Below, in pieces: positions 47,496-57,207 of a DNA stretch of 64,000 nt. The position numbers and the translations under genes are program-made. This DNA comes from an uncultured delta proteobacterium (lineage in GTDB: Bacteria; Desulfobacterota; Desulfobacteria; Desulfobacterales; SpSt-501). The notes beneath the pieces were generated by a model that had not been told where the DNA came from, searched no databases, and worked only from the letters and a program-made list of their open reading frames with translations. Positions within the stretch are counted from its first letter, which is position 1; the number at the start of each line of letters is the position of its first letter. The stretch lies in contig CAWHEZ010000035.1 in the NCBI GenBank assembly GCA_963828345.1, positions 7,540 to 71,539 of the forward strand, read 5' to 3'.

Positions 47496-47638
47496 CCGGC
47501 GGTTGAAAAACGGCGTCTCGGTCCGTGATCCGGCGTTGCGCGGCTTTTGGCCATGCTCACATACGGGTCAGTATGCTGCGCTGTCCAAAAAGCCGCGCGC
47601 CTTGGCTGACGGCCCGACACGTGTTTCTCAACCGCCGG
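47495..47638. repeat. Nested long inverted repeat spanning the whole convergent intergenic region
   Basis: Outer arms CCGGCGGTTGA (47495-47505) and TCAACCGCCGG (47628-47638). Inner arms GCGCGGCTTTTGG (47547-47559) and CCAAAAAGCCGCGC (47594-47607). Confidence 0.6.
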
Positions 47639-48864
47639 CTAAGTGTGAGGTGCCGGAGCGGCCCAGCGCGTCCTCAAGGCGCGGTGCGGCGTCCGCGACG
47701 AGGTGCTCGGCGAAGCTGAAGGCGCAGGTGAAGGCGGGCGAGACGGCGTTCAGGACGTGGGTGGAGCGCTCCCGGTGCTCCACGAGGAAATCCATGACGA
47801 GTTCGTGCGTTTTCAAGTTGAGCAGCTGAGCCCGGATGCCCGGCCGGGTGTAGTCCCCGAAACGCCCCGGGTCCATGCGCTTCAACAGCGTGCGGGCCGC
47901 GCGGATGAAGAACGCCCGCTGGTACTTGCGCATCTCCTCGAGGGCCAGGCGCCGGAAGTGAAACCGGTCGGTCAGGAAGAGGAACGCCTCCCGGCCCGCG
48001 ATCTCGGCGAATTCGCGGGCATCGAAGCGGTGCCGGAAATCGTAGTTCTCCCTCCAGAAGGCCGGGATGGCGGTCGGCCCGATCTTCACGTGCCCGTCGA
48101 CGGTTTTCGTGAAGTGCACCCCCAGGAACGGGTTGCGCAGGTTGGGCACGGGGTAGACGTGCCGCCGCAACAGGCCGTCGTCCCGGTAGCGCAGGTAGAT
48201 GCCCTTGAACGGGATCATCGTATAGCCGCCCCCCGCCCCGAACTCCCGCGCGACGCGATCGGCGTAAAGCCCGGCCGCGTTGAACACGTACCGGCAGTCG
48301 ATGCGTTCCCGGTCGGTGCGCACCCCGTCGCCCGACCGCCCGATGACGCGCCGGCCCAGAAGCACCCTCACGCTGCGGGGGAAGCGCGATGCGAGGTGCG
48401 CGCACACCTGCTGCGGGTCGACCGTGGCGGTGGTCGGCGAGAAGAGGGCCGTTTCGACGGTGCGGGCGTTGGGCTCGATCGCGTTCAGCTCGTGGGGGTC
48501 GACCAGCGCCAGTTCGACCCCGTTGCGGTCCCCGCGCCGTTTCAGCTCCCGGATCCCGTCGACCTCCTCTTCGCACGAGGCCACCACGACCTTGCCGCAG
48601 CGGTTGATCGGCAGCCCGTTTTCAAGGCAGTAGTCGGTGAGCGCCCGGTTGCCGGCGCGGGTGAAGCGCGCCTTGAGGCTGTCGGCCGTGTAATAGAAGC
48701 CCGCGTGCAGGACCCCGCTGTTGCGCCCGGAGGCGTGCATGGCCACCGCGGGTTCCTTCTCGATGACGATCAGGGACGTGCCGGGATAGCGCTTCGACAG
48801 CTCGCGCGCGATGCTCAGCCCCATGATCCCGCCCGCCGATGACGACGATGTCCGCCTGCAGCAT
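47628..48864 (-). pseudogene. lhgO: L-2-hydroxyglutarate oxidase (FAD-dependent), reading frame broken near 48825-48836
   Basis: AAGGAG lies 6 nt upstream of ATG 48864. MLQADIVVIGG is in one frame, and GIMGLSIARELSKRYPG...HASGRNSGVLHAGFYY follows in ORF 47628..48938. Confidence 0.8.
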
Positions 48865-49011
48865 GCCGGCCTCCTTATCTGTCGTTCCCCATACACAAGC
48901 GTGCCGCGGAACGCAATCCCGGTTTCGAACCCCGGCATTAAAGCGCAAGGCCGAACCGGCCGATATTCGAGAGAGAAACCGAAGCGCGAACCTCAACCCG
49001 GGTGACCAGGC

Positions 49012-50466
49012 GTGTCCGAGACCGTCGACATCGTAAAGGAGACTGAAACCGCGGGGGGCTTTGCGGCCCTCGACCCGGGCGAGTTGGACGACCTCGTCTC
49101 GCCGGCGCCGGACGCCGTCCGCCCGGCCGAGGCCGCCGCCGTCGACGTCGCGGTTCCCGCGGCCGCCGTGCCCCCCGGGGTCGTACCGGTCGAGGCGGCC
49201 GCGGAAGCCGCGACGGTCGATGGTTCTGCGACCGCAGTCCCCGTCGCGCTGAAGGCCGTCGAGGCCCGGAGCCGATTGCGCCGGCACGGCCGGATGCTGG
49301 CCGTCGTCTGTGCCGCTCTTCTGGCAGCGGGCGGGGCGGCGTGGGTGGTCCAGCGCCATCTCTACCCGCCGCCCGGGGTCGAACATCCGGCCCCGGCCGT
49401 CTCCGAACCGGTCGCGGCCGACCTGGAGGCCGTCAGCTCGAGTGCGCCTGCGGCCATGGACCGGCTGGAGTGGGAGGCCGTGTTCCGCGAAATCGAGGCG
49501 TTCCGGCACCTGCTGTTCGACAAGCGGGACGAGATCCTGCGCTTGCAGCGCCATTACGACTACGGCATCCGCGAGCTCGAGGAGGAGGCGGTGCGGCTGA
49601 TCAAGGAGAGCGGGTGCGGGACGCTTGCGGCCGCGCTCAAGCACCCGCCGCTCGAGCTCCTGCTGCAGGGAATCCAGCGGCGTCAGGCCTACCGCGACGC
49701 ATTGGGCCAGCCCCTTCGCCGGCTGGAATCGGGGGCCGAAGAGCTGCTGTTCCTGCAGCGCCGGGCGTACATCGACCTGCAGGTGCTCGACGTCGCGCAG
49801 GGGCTCGACCTGCAGGCGCAACACCAGGCCATCCGGTCGGCCCTGCGGGCGCACGAGCCCACGGTGGAGAGCCTCTCGATTCGCGCGGCCGGCGCATCGG
49901 CGTCCCAGGAGCTGCTGTGGCGGCGCCTGGCCGAGCAGGCACGGCAGACGACCTTCAACGCGGAGGACCGCGTCAACCAAAGCATCGTCGCCGAAGCGTG
50001 CGCCGGGAACCTGGGCCGGCTGGCGGAGCTGACGACGCTCTCCCTGAAGGGCGCCGGCTGCCTTGCGGAGTCGGGCACCCAGGAGCTTTTCCTGAACCGG
50101 GTCAACCAGCTCTCGCCGCTGGCGGCGCAGAAGCTTGCGGAGTGGCCGGGCCGCTGGCTCGGCCTGAACGGGCTCAAGCGGCTGCCACCCGAAACGGCCC
50201 GGGAGCTGTTCGCCTGGCCCGGGGAGTGGATCTCGCTGAACGGCCTGAGCGAGATGGCGCCCGAGGCGGGTCGATACCTCGCCGGCTGGAGGGGGCGCCA
50301 GGTCGAGCTGATGGGGTTGCGCAGGCTGAGCGCGCTCGACGCCCTCCTGGAGTGGGAGGCGTCGGGCGGAAAACTCTTCGTGCCGGGGGACATTCGCCAG
50401 GCGATCGACACGCTGCGCCAGGCGGGCAACGCCCCCGGACGTCCCGCGACGGGACAGGCCAGGTGA
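49012..50466 (+). CDS. Hypothetical membrane-anchored protein with coiled coil and C-terminal repeats of about 24 aa
   Basis: ORF track entry, 484 aa, GTG start. One transmembrane helix (MLAVVCAALLAAGGAAWVV). Repeats WPGRWLGLNGLKRLPPETARELFA / WPGEWISLNGLSEMAPEAGRYLAG / WRGRQVELMGLRRLSALDALLEW. Confidence 0.6.
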   Translation: MSETVDIVKETETAGGFAALDPGELDDLVSPAPDAVRPAEAAAVDVAVPAAAVPPGVVPVEAAAEAATVDGSATAVPVALKAVEARSRLRRHGRMLAVVCAALLAAGGAAWVVQRHLYPPPGVEHPAPAVSEPVAADLEAVSSSAPAAMDRLEWEAVFREIEAFRHLLFDKRDEILRLQRHYDYGIRELEEEAVRLIKESGCGTLAAALKHPPLELLLQGIQRRQAYRDALGQPLRRLESGAEELLFLQRRAYIDLQVLDVAQGLDLQAQHQAIRSALRAHEPTVESLSIRAAGASASQELLWRRLAEQARQTTFNAEDRVNQSIVAEACAGNLGRLAELTTLSLKGAGCLAESGTQELFLNRVNQLSPLAAQKLAEWPGRWLGLNGLKRLPPETARELFAWPGEWISLNGLSEMAPEAGRYLAGWRGRQVELMGLRRLSALDALLEWEASGGKLFVPGDIRQAIDTLRQAGNAPGRPATGQAR

Positions 50467-50468
50467 CC

Positions 50469-51041
50469 ATGCACGCGCACCGCTTTCTGAACCACGTGAT
50501 CGGAGCCCTCGCGGCGCTGATGCTCACGGCCGGGATGTCCGTGGCCGACGGCGGGAAGCCCGCCGAGCTGCAGCGGGCCCTGGAAGACATCCGGCGCGCG
50601 GAGCAGACGGTCCAGGCGCGGGCGGTCCAGGCGGAGGCGTTGCGGTCGCATCTGCGGCAGGAAGGGGAGGGGCTCAAGGCGGAAATCCGGGACGAGCAGC
50701 GTCGCAACGGAGCCCAGCCATATCCCGGCGCAGTTCAGATCCCCCGCGTCGACTACAACCTGCGGCTCCTGCAGCGGCTGAACGGCTACCTCGAACAGAT
50801 CGACGCCCGGCTCGCGGAGTTCCAGGCGGTTTCGGCCGGCTTCGAGCGCCACCGCGAGCGGATCCGCGACGAGCTGCGCATGCTGCGGACTCTCAAGGAC
50901 GCGGACATCAGCGATCTGCTGCGGCAGCTGGCCGCTGCGCTCGAAGAGGCCGCCGCACGGTGCGCGGCGCCGCTGGTGACGCTGCCGGCCGTTCAGAGAT
51001 CGACCGAGTCGATTCGGGCCGATATCGCCCAAGGTCGATAG
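50469..51041 (+). CDS. Hypothetical secreted coiled-coil protein (190 aa)
   Basis: In ORF 49341..51041. The ATG lies 2 nt after the upstream stop. Signal-like MHAHRFLNHVIGALAALMLTAGMSVA. Confidence 0.55.
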   Translation: MHAHRFLNHVIGALAALMLTAGMSVADGGKPAELQRALEDIRRAEQTVQARAVQAEALRSHLRQEGEGLKAEIRDEQRRNGAQPYPGAVQIPRVDYNLRLLQRLNGYLEQIDARLAEFQAVSAGFERHRERIRDELRMLRTLKDADISDLLRQLAAALEEAAARCAAPLVTLPAVQRSTESIRADIAQGR

Positions 51042-51080
51042 GGGCGGTCGAAGAAGACACCGGCCATCCGCTTGGATGCA

Positions 51081-51125
51081 AAGGGCGTGTCCGGCTTCAC
51101 CATGGCCGGATACGCCCTTTTCATC
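51081..51125 (+). terminator. Terminator hairpin after the 49012-51041 gene pair
   Basis: 15-bp stem AAGGGCGTGTCCGGC-ttcaccatg-GCCGGATACGCCCTT followed by TTCATC. Confidence 0.5.
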
Positions 51126-51480
51126 AGAGCAGCTTTTCTCGGATCAGGAACTCCATCGAACGCTGGCCGATCGTGGTGACCCCGCTGATGGCCTGCACGA
51201 CGTGATAGGAGGCTTCCGAGAGCACCCCCGAGTTCATCATGACGAGCGCGGTGTTGAGGCTCTTGTCCACGCTCGCCCACAGCTCGGGGGAGGTCAGTTT
51301 CCGCGAGAGATGGATCTCGCTGGAGATCATGCCGAGCAGGGGCCTGAGAAAGCGCTCGGCCCCGTGCCGGTCGTGATCGGGCAGGCCGTGGTAGATCTCG
51401 AGCAGTTGGGCCGCCATGAGCAGCCCCGCCTTGGCCTTTTCGCTCTGCGCGTAGGCCATGATGGCCTCTTTGGTTTGCAT
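51124..51480 (-). CDS. Hypothetical protein (118 aa) downstream of larB
   Basis: In ORF 51124..51936. ATG at 51480 with GGGGGAG 5 nt upstream. Helical, non-shadow composition. Confidence 0.55.
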   Translation of the reverse strand: MQTKEAIMAYAQSEKAKAGLLMAAQLLEIYHGLPDHDRHGAERFLRPLLGMISSEIHLSRKLTSPELWASVDKSLNTALVMMNSGVLSEASYHVVQAISGVTTIGQRSMEFLIREKLL

Positions 51481-51509
51481 GCGGTCTCCCCCGGTGTCCT
51501 GGCCGCCGG

Positions 51510-52259
51510 TTACGGCCGGTTGATCATGGCCGCCACGTACCCCGCGCCGAACCCGTTGTCGATGTTGACCACCGCCACGTTCGAGCTGCAGCTGTTCAGC
51601 ATGGCAAAGAGCGCCGTCATGCCGCCGAGGCTCACCCCGTAGCCGACGCTCGTGGGCACCGCGATGACCGGCCGGCTGACCATGCCGGCCACGACGCTCG
51701 GCAGCGCCCCTTCCATCCCGGCCACCACGATCAGGACGGTGGCCTGCTCGATGGCGTCGCGGTGGCGAAATAGACGGTGGATTCCCGCGACCCCCACATC
51801 CACGATCCGTTCTACTGAGTGGCCCATGGCCTTGGCCGTGAGATAGGCCTCCATGGCGACCGGCAGGTCGGAGGTGCCGGCCGCGAGCACGAGAATGGTG
51901 CCCCGGCCGTTGACCGTCACCGGCGTCGTCTCCCACACCAGCATGCGGGCTTCGGCGTGGTAGCGGGCCTGCGGGAAACGTGCGAGCACGGCCTGGGCCT
52001 TGGCGGCGTCGACCCGGGTCACGAGGACGACCGTCTCCTGGACGGTCATTCGCTCCATGATCCCGCAGATCTGCTCGGCCGTCTTGCCCTCGCCGAAAAT
52101 CACCTCGGGGAACCCCTTGCGCAGGCTGCGGTGGTGGTCGATGTGCGCGAACCCGATGTCCTCGCAGGCCAGGTGCTGCAGCCGCTCCGAGGCGTCCGCG
52201 GGGTTGAGCGCCCCGGCGGCCACGTCCTGCATCAGTTTCAGCAACGCATCCCGGTTCAT
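51510..52259 (-). CDS. larB: Nickel-pincer cofactor biosynthesis protein LarB (PurE-like carboxylase/hydrolase)
   Basis: ORF track entry. ...HHRSLRKGFPEVIFGEGKT...ILVLAAGTSDLPVAMEA...VVAGMEGALPSVVAG... Confidence 0.85.
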   Translation of the reverse strand: MNRDALLKLMQDVAAGALNPADASERLQHLACEDIGFAHIDHHRSLRKGFPEVIFGEGKTAEQICGIMERMTVQETVVLVTRVDAAKAQAVLARFPQARYHAEARMLVWETTPVTVNGRGTILVLAAGTSDLPVAMEAYLTAKAMGHSVERIVDVGVAGIHRLFRHRDAIEQATVLIVVAGMEGALPSVVAGMVSRPVIAVPTSVGYGVSLGGMTALFAMLNSCSSNVAVVNIDNGFGAGYVAAMINRP

Positions 52260-52293
52260 GCCGTGGGCCTTTCCGCGCCGTCGTCTGCGCGAC

Positions 52294-53202
52294 TCATTCG
52301 AGCGGCTGTTCTTTGACGCCCCCGGTGAGCGGCGGGAGCGCGGGGGCGGAGGACCGCGCGCCGAAGGCCTTCTCCACCTGGTCCAGGCGGCGCTGCAGCG
52401 TGGTGAGCGAGCGGTCGATGCGGCCGACCTCCTGGTCGAGGGCCATCTGGTAGAGGCGCTTGGTCTTGAGGACCTCCAGGTCCATGGCCTCGCGGTCGAG
52501 CTTGCGGGTCTGCAGGGCGGCCACGTCGGCTTTGATCTTTTCGATGTCCCCCTTGGTGCGCTCGATGTACCCGGCCAAACCGGTCAGGTCCTTGCCGAGA
52601 CTGTTTTCGAGATTCTGCAGGCGCGTCGACACTTTCCCGAGGTCGCCGCGCAGGGCCGCGGCGCTGCCGAGCTCCTCGCGGAAGGGGGCGAGCGACTGCA
52701 CGTCCTTCGTGACGGCCTGGAGGTCCTTGCCGATGGCGGCCAGGGCCGCATCGGTGCGGGCGGTCAGCTCCGTGAGCTCCTTGCGGTCGGCTTTGCCGGC
52801 CGTGGAGGACTGGACACCCCCGTCGATGCTTTCGATGCGCGCCAGGGTCTTGCGCAGTTCCTCCTGCAGGGAGGCGACGAGCGTGCGGCTGCCCTCGATC
52901 CGGGCCGCCAGCCCGGCCTCAAACTCGCTCATGCGGGCGGCCATGGCACTCAGCTTCTGGTCGGTCTCGGTCGTCCTGCGGTCGAAGGACTGGATCTCGA
53001 TGGTCTGGACCTGGGTCGCCCGCAGGCGCAGGTCGCGGTAGGCCACGTAACCGCCGATCGCGAGCAGGCAGGGCAGCAGCAGGGTGAGAAAACTGACCCG
53101 TTGCCCCAGCTTGTCGACGCGCCGCTTGAGCTCTTCGTCGTGAAAGGCGACGTCGGGTTCCTCGTCGCCGATGTTGAAACGGAATCGATCCTGGTTTGCC
53201 AT
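52294..53202 (-). CDS. Hypothetical membrane-anchored coiled-coil protein (302 aa)
   Basis: C-terminal part of ORF 52294..54174. The ATG at 53202 lies 2 nt after the guaA stop. One transmembrane helix (VSFLTLLLPCLLAIGGYVAY), then long heptad-like sequence. Confidence 0.6.
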   Translation of the reverse strand: MANQDRFRFNIGDEEPDVAFHDEELKRRVDKLGQRVSFLTLLLPCLLAIGGYVAYRDLRLRATQVQTIEIQSFDRRTTETDQKLSAMAARMSEFEAGLAARIEGSRTLVASLQEELRKTLARIESIDGGVQSSTAGKADRKELTELTARTDAALAAIGKDLQAVTKDVQSLAPFREELGSAAALRGDLGKVSTRLQNLENSLGKDLTGLAGYIERTKGDIEKIKADVAALQTRKLDREAMDLEVLKTKRLYQMALDQEVGRIDRSLTTLQRRLDQVEKAFGARSSAPALPPLTGGVKEQPLE

Positions 53203-53204
53203 GT

Positions 53205-54734
53205 CTATTCCCACTCGATCGTGCTCGGCGGTTTGGAGCTGATGTCGTACACCACGCGGTTGACGCCGGTGACCTCGTTGATGATGCGGTTGGACACCCG
53301 CGCCAGGAACTCGTGCGGCAGGCGCGCCCAGTCGGCCGTCATGGCGTCGCGGCTGGTGACGGCGCGGATGGCGGCGATGTTTTCGTAGGTGCGGGCGTCG
53401 CCCATCACCCCGACGCTCTTGATGGGCAGCAGCACGGCGAAGGACTGCCACAGCTCCCGATAGTAGCCGTCGGCCCTGATCTCCTGCAGGAGGATGTCGT
53501 CGACCTGCCGCAGCACGTTCAGCCGTTTGGACGTGATCTCGCCCAGGATCCGGATCCCCAGCCCGGGCCCCGGGAAGGGCTGGCGCCAGACGAGCTCGTC
53601 CGGGAGTCCGAGGGCGGTCCCCAGTTCGCGGACCTCGTCCTTGAACAGAAAGCGCAGCGGTTCGATCAGCTTCAGCTTCATGCGGCGCGGCAGGCCGCCG
53701 ACGTTGTGGTGCGATTTGATGACCGACGTCGGGCCGCCAAAGGCCGAGACCGACTCGATCACGTCGGGGTAAAGCGTGCCCTGGCCGAGAAATTCGGCCC
53801 CCTGGATGCGCTTGGCCTCGGCCTCGAACACCTGCATGAAGACGCGGCCGATGATCTTGCGCTTGCGCTCGGGGTCGATCACCCCGGCCAATGCCTTGAG
53901 GAACCGTGTGCGCGCGTTGACGAAGCGGATGCGGATGTCGAGGTGCCGGTTGAGGGTGACCTTGAGCTTCTCGGCTTCGTCTTTGCGCAGCAGGCCGTTG
54001 TCCACGAAGATGCAGGTCAGCTGGCGGCCGATGGCCTTGTGGATCAGGACCGCGGTCACCGAGGAGTCCACGCCCCCGCTCAGCCCCAGGATCGCCTGCC
54101 GGTCGCCGACGCGCTCGCGGATCTCGGCGATCGACTGCTGCGCGAACGAGGCCATCGTCCACGACGGCTTGCACGCGCAGACCTTGAAGAGGAAGTTCTT
54201 CAGGATGACGCCGCCCTGCGGCGTGTGCGCCACCTCGGGGTGGAACTGGACGCCGTAGAGTTTGCGCCGCGGGTCGGCGGCCGCGGCGAAGTGCGTGTTC
54301 TCGGTCGAGGCGATCGGCTGGAACCCGCGCGGCAGCTTCTTGATCGAGTCCCCGTGGCTCATCCAGCAGGTGGTCGAGCGGGCGACCCCTTTGAAAAGAC
54401 CTTCGGGCCGGTCGACCGTCAGCCGGGCAAAGCCGTACTCGCGTTTGTCCGCGCGCTCGACACGGCCGCCGAGGCTGGCGCTCATGAACTGCATGCCGTA
54501 GCAGATGCCGAGGATCGGGATGCCCAGCGCGAAGATCCCGGGATCGACCTTCGGGCTGCCGGGCTCGTAGATGCTGGAGGGGCCGCCCGACAGGATGATG
54601 CCCTCGGGTTTCAGGCGCGTGACGGCCTCCAGGGCCTTGGCCGGCGGTTCGATCTGGCAGTAGACGCGGTTCTCACGCACCCGGCGCGCGATGAGCTGGT
54701 TGTACTGGGAACCGAAATCGATGATGACAATCAT
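53205..54734 (-). CDS. guaA: GMP synthase (glutamine-hydrolysing)
   Basis: In ORF 53205..54896. [21 protein letters not shown]...LSGGVDSSV...STIEWE. Confidence 0.95.
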   Translation of the reverse strand: MIVIIDFGSQYNQLIARRVRENRVYCQIEPPAKALEAVTRLKPEGIILSGGPSSIYEPGSPKVDPGIFALGIPILGICYGMQFMSASLGGRVERADKREYGFARLTVDRPEGLFKGVARSTTCWMSHGDSIKKLPRGFQPIASTENTHFAAAADPRRKLYGVQFHPEVAHTPQGGVILKNFLFKVCACKPSWTMASFAQQSIAEIRERVGDRQAILGLSGGVDSSVTAVLIHKAIGRQLTCIFVDNGLLRKDEAEKLKVTLNRHLDIRIRFVNARTRFLKALAGVIDPERKRKIIGRVFMQVFEAEAKRIQGAEFLGQGTLYPDVIESVSAFGGPTSVIKSHHNVGGLPRRMKLKLIEPLRFLFKDEVRELGTALGLPDELVWRQPFPGPGLGIRILGEITSKRLNVLRQVDDILLQEIRADGYYRELWQSFAVLLPIKSVGVMGDARTYENIAAIRAVTSRDAMTADWARLPHEFLARVSNRIINEVTGVNRVVYDISSKPPSTIEWE

Positions 54735-55012
54735 GGGCGGCCTCGAGCAAGAGAGTCGGGTGAGTGTGCGCCGGACGACGTCTATCGAAAAGCTCCGCCG
54801 CAGGGGAACCCGTTTCGTCCCTCTGCGGCGGCGGCGCCCGGGCGGCGGGCGCGACGCACTCCGAAAGCGTCCTGAAACATACGGAATCCGCAGCAATTAC
54901 CGTTTGCTATGTGCATGCGAGTATGGTAAACACGCCCGCAAATGTCAACCGGAAAATGCATGTGGATTCAGGGTGATCGCCGGTCGGAGAGCCGCCGGCA
55001 GGTTGAGGACGG

Positions 55013-55765
55013 ATGAACAGGTGCAGCGTTCAGATCTACGAAATCCAGACGGCGGGCGAGGCCGAGGCGGTGGTCGCAGTCGGGGTGGACCGGGTCGGCA
55101 GCGTGGTGCTCTCGGCCGCGGACTGGAAGCAGCCCGAGCTGCAGCGCACCATCGCGCGCGTGCGCGCCTGCGGCGCCCGCAGCAGCCTGATCCCGCTCTA
55201 CCGGGACGAGGACGCCATCGCGCGCACCCTGGACTACCACCGGCCGGACATCGTCCACTTCTGTGACACGCTGGACGACGAGAGCTGCCGGCAATTGATC
55301 GAGCTCCAGTTTCGTGTTAAGCAGCGCTTCCCCGAAATCGCGGTCATGCGCTCGATCCCGATCGGGCCGGCCGGACATGCGGACCGGGTGCCCTCGCTGG
55401 AATGGGCGCGGCGCCTGGAGCCGGCGACCGACGAGTTCCTGACCGACACGCTGCTCCTGGGAGCCGGCGAGGCCGGGCAGGTCGACCAGCCGGTCGGGGG
55501 GTTTGTCGGCATCACCGGCCTGACCTGCGACTGGGACGTCGCCCGGCGCCTGGTGCAGCAGTCCCGCATCCCGGTGATCCTGGCCGGCGGCATCTCGCCG
55601 CTCAACGCGGGCGAAGCCGTCACGCGGGTCCGGCCGGCGGGGGTCGACAGCTGCACGCTGACCAACGCGCTGGACGCGGACGGCCGCCCCATCCGGTTTC
55701 AGAAGGACCTGCAGAAGGTGAAAGCCCTCGTCGCGGCCGTGCGCCGCGCCGAGATCACGTCATAG
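55013..55765 (+). CDS. Phosphoribosylanthranilate isomerase-like (TrpF family) protein
   Basis: ORF track entry. VQIYEIQTAGEAEAVVAVGVD...PVILAGGISPLNAGEAV fits the family pattern. It stands alone, away from other trp genes. Confidence 0.65.
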   Translation: MNRCSVQIYEIQTAGEAEAVVAVGVDRVGSVVLSAADWKQPELQRTIARVRACGARSSLIPLYRDEDAIARTLDYHRPDIVHFCDTLDDESCRQLIELQFRVKQRFPEIAVMRSIPIGPAGHADRVPSLEWARRLEPATDEFLTDTLLLGAGEAGQVDQPVGGFVGITGLTCDWDVARRLVQQSRIPVILAGGISPLNAGEAVTRVRPAGVDSCTLTNALDADGRPIRFQKDLQKVKALVAAVRRAEITS

Positions 55766-55782
55766 AGAGAGGATGCCACTCC

Positions 55783-56346
55783 ATGTATTTAAGCAGCGAT
55801 TTGCGCAAAGGCCTCAAGATCGAATACGAGGGCGACCCGTACATCGTCGTCCAGTTCGATTTCGTCAAACCGGGCAAGGGCCAGGCCCTGTACAAGTGCC
55901 GGCTCAGGAACATGCTGACCGGGACCCAGTTCGACCGCACCTTCCGCTCGGGCGAAAAGTTCGGGGAACCCAACCTGGAAGAAAAGCAGTTGGAGTTTCT
56001 CTACCGGGAAGGGGACAAGTTCGTCTTCATGAACTCCGCCAACTACGAGCAGGAGTTCGTGGGCGAGGAGCAGGTGGGTGAGGCGCGCAACTTCCTCAAG
56101 GAGAACACGGTCTGCTCGGTGCTCTTCTACCGGGAGCGTGCGATCGAGCTGACGATCCCGACCTTCATGAACCTGCGCATCGTCAAGGCCGACCCGTGGG
56201 TGAAGGGGGACACGGCCTCGGGCGACTCCAAGCCCGCGACGCTTGAAACCGGCTACGTCCTGCAGGTGCCGACCTTCCTCGAGGAGGGGCAGCTCATCCG
56301 CGTGGACACCCGCACGGGGCAGTACGTCGAACGCGTCAAAGAGTAG
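55783..56346 (+). CDS. efp: Elongation factor P
   Basis: In ORF 55402..56346. MYLSSDLRKGLKIEYEGDPYIVVQFDFVKPGKGQALYKCRLRNMLTG. Confidence 0.93.
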   Translation: MYLSSDLRKGLKIEYEGDPYIVVQFDFVKPGKGQALYKCRLRNMLTGTQFDRTFRSGEKFGEPNLEEKQLEFLYREGDKFVFMNSANYEQEFVGEEQVGEARNFLKENTVCSVLFYRERAIELTIPTFMNLRIVKADPWVKGDTASGDSKPATLETGYVLQVPTFLEEGQLIRVDTRTGQYVERVKE

Positions 56347-56357
56347 CGGTGGTCTTA

Positions 56358-56412
56358 AGAACAGCGGACGGCGTCGACCGGCTTCGGGCCTGTCGCCGTG
56401 ATCCGCTGTTCT
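56358..56412. terminator. Long hairpin between convergent efp and FHA genes
   Basis: AGAACAGCGGA-CGGCG...CGCCG-tga-TCCGCTGTTCT, then GGTTTGG. Confidence 0.4.
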
Positions 56413-56459
56413 GGTTTGGAGAGTTCTGGAAGACGGGTTCGGCCCCCGATGTCGGCCGC

Positions 56460-57188
56460 TCACGCCGGGGTTGAAGCGGGGTCTCCGAGGAAGAACTGCA
56501 GCTTGACCGGCCCGACCTCGATCACGTCCAGGTCCTGCAGCAGGACCGATTTCTGCACCGGCCGTCCGTTGACCCTGGGCTTGGACCATCCGCCGGCGTT
56601 GCTGAGGTGGAAGCCGTCCGGGCGGCGGCTGATGGTGGCCGTGGCCCAGCCCGACCGCCAGCCCTTCACGACGATGTCCGCCGAGGGATCCTTTCCGATC
56701 CGGATCAGGCCCCCGCTGAGTGCGACCCTCCCGTTCCCGCCGGCCACGTAGGACAGGTAGCCGGACATTTCCTCCTGGCGCTTCAACGGCTTGGGCAGTG
56801 GCGGCGCGCTCTTCTGCACCATCGAGCGGTAGCTGCTCGTGTCCATGATCATGGTTTTGTCGATTTCGGGCGCCTGCCCCTCGGCCGCTCCGCCCGCGTC
56901 CCCCGTCGAGAACACCAGCAGGTGCTTGCCGATGCTGATAACGTCCCCCTCCTTGAGCCAGTGGGAATTCACGATCTGCTCGTTGACGAACGAGCCGTTC
57001 TTGCTCTGAAGGTCCACGAGCACGAACGCATCGCCCACGGCGTCGACCTTGGCGTGGTGGCCGGAGACGGCCAGGTTGTCGATGACGATGTCGTTGTCCT
57101 TGCGGCGGCCGATGGTGAGGGATTTCCCCTTGAGGACCGGGAACCGGCCGATGACGTTTTCCTTGAACTTGAGCGTCAGGCTGGGCAT
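56460..57188 (-). CDS. Protein with two FHA domains
   Basis: ORF track entry. SLTIGRRKDNDIVIDNLAVSGHHAKV...NGSFVN, and a second FHA-like unit, IRIGKDPSADIVV...VNGRPV. Confidence 0.8.
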   Translation of the reverse strand: MPSLTLKFKENVIGRFPVLKGKSLTIGRRKDNDIVIDNLAVSGHHAKVDAVGDAFVLVDLQSKNGSFVNEQIVNSHWLKEGDVISIGKHLLVFSTGDAGGAAEGQAPEIDKTMIMDTSSYRSMVQKSAPPLPKPLKRQEEMSGYLSYVAGGNGRVALSGGLIRIGKDPSADIVVKGWRSGWATATISRRPDGFHLSNAGGWSKPRVNGRPVQKSVLLQDLDVIEVGPVKLQFFLGDPASTPA

Positions 57189-57207
57189 AGGGCTTTCTCG
57201 ACGGCTG

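Noticed and set aside
54735-55012. Purine riboswitch upstream of guaA.
   Set aside because: - The conserved purine-riboswitch junction sequence is absent.
- Only a GC-rich imperfect hairpin is present.
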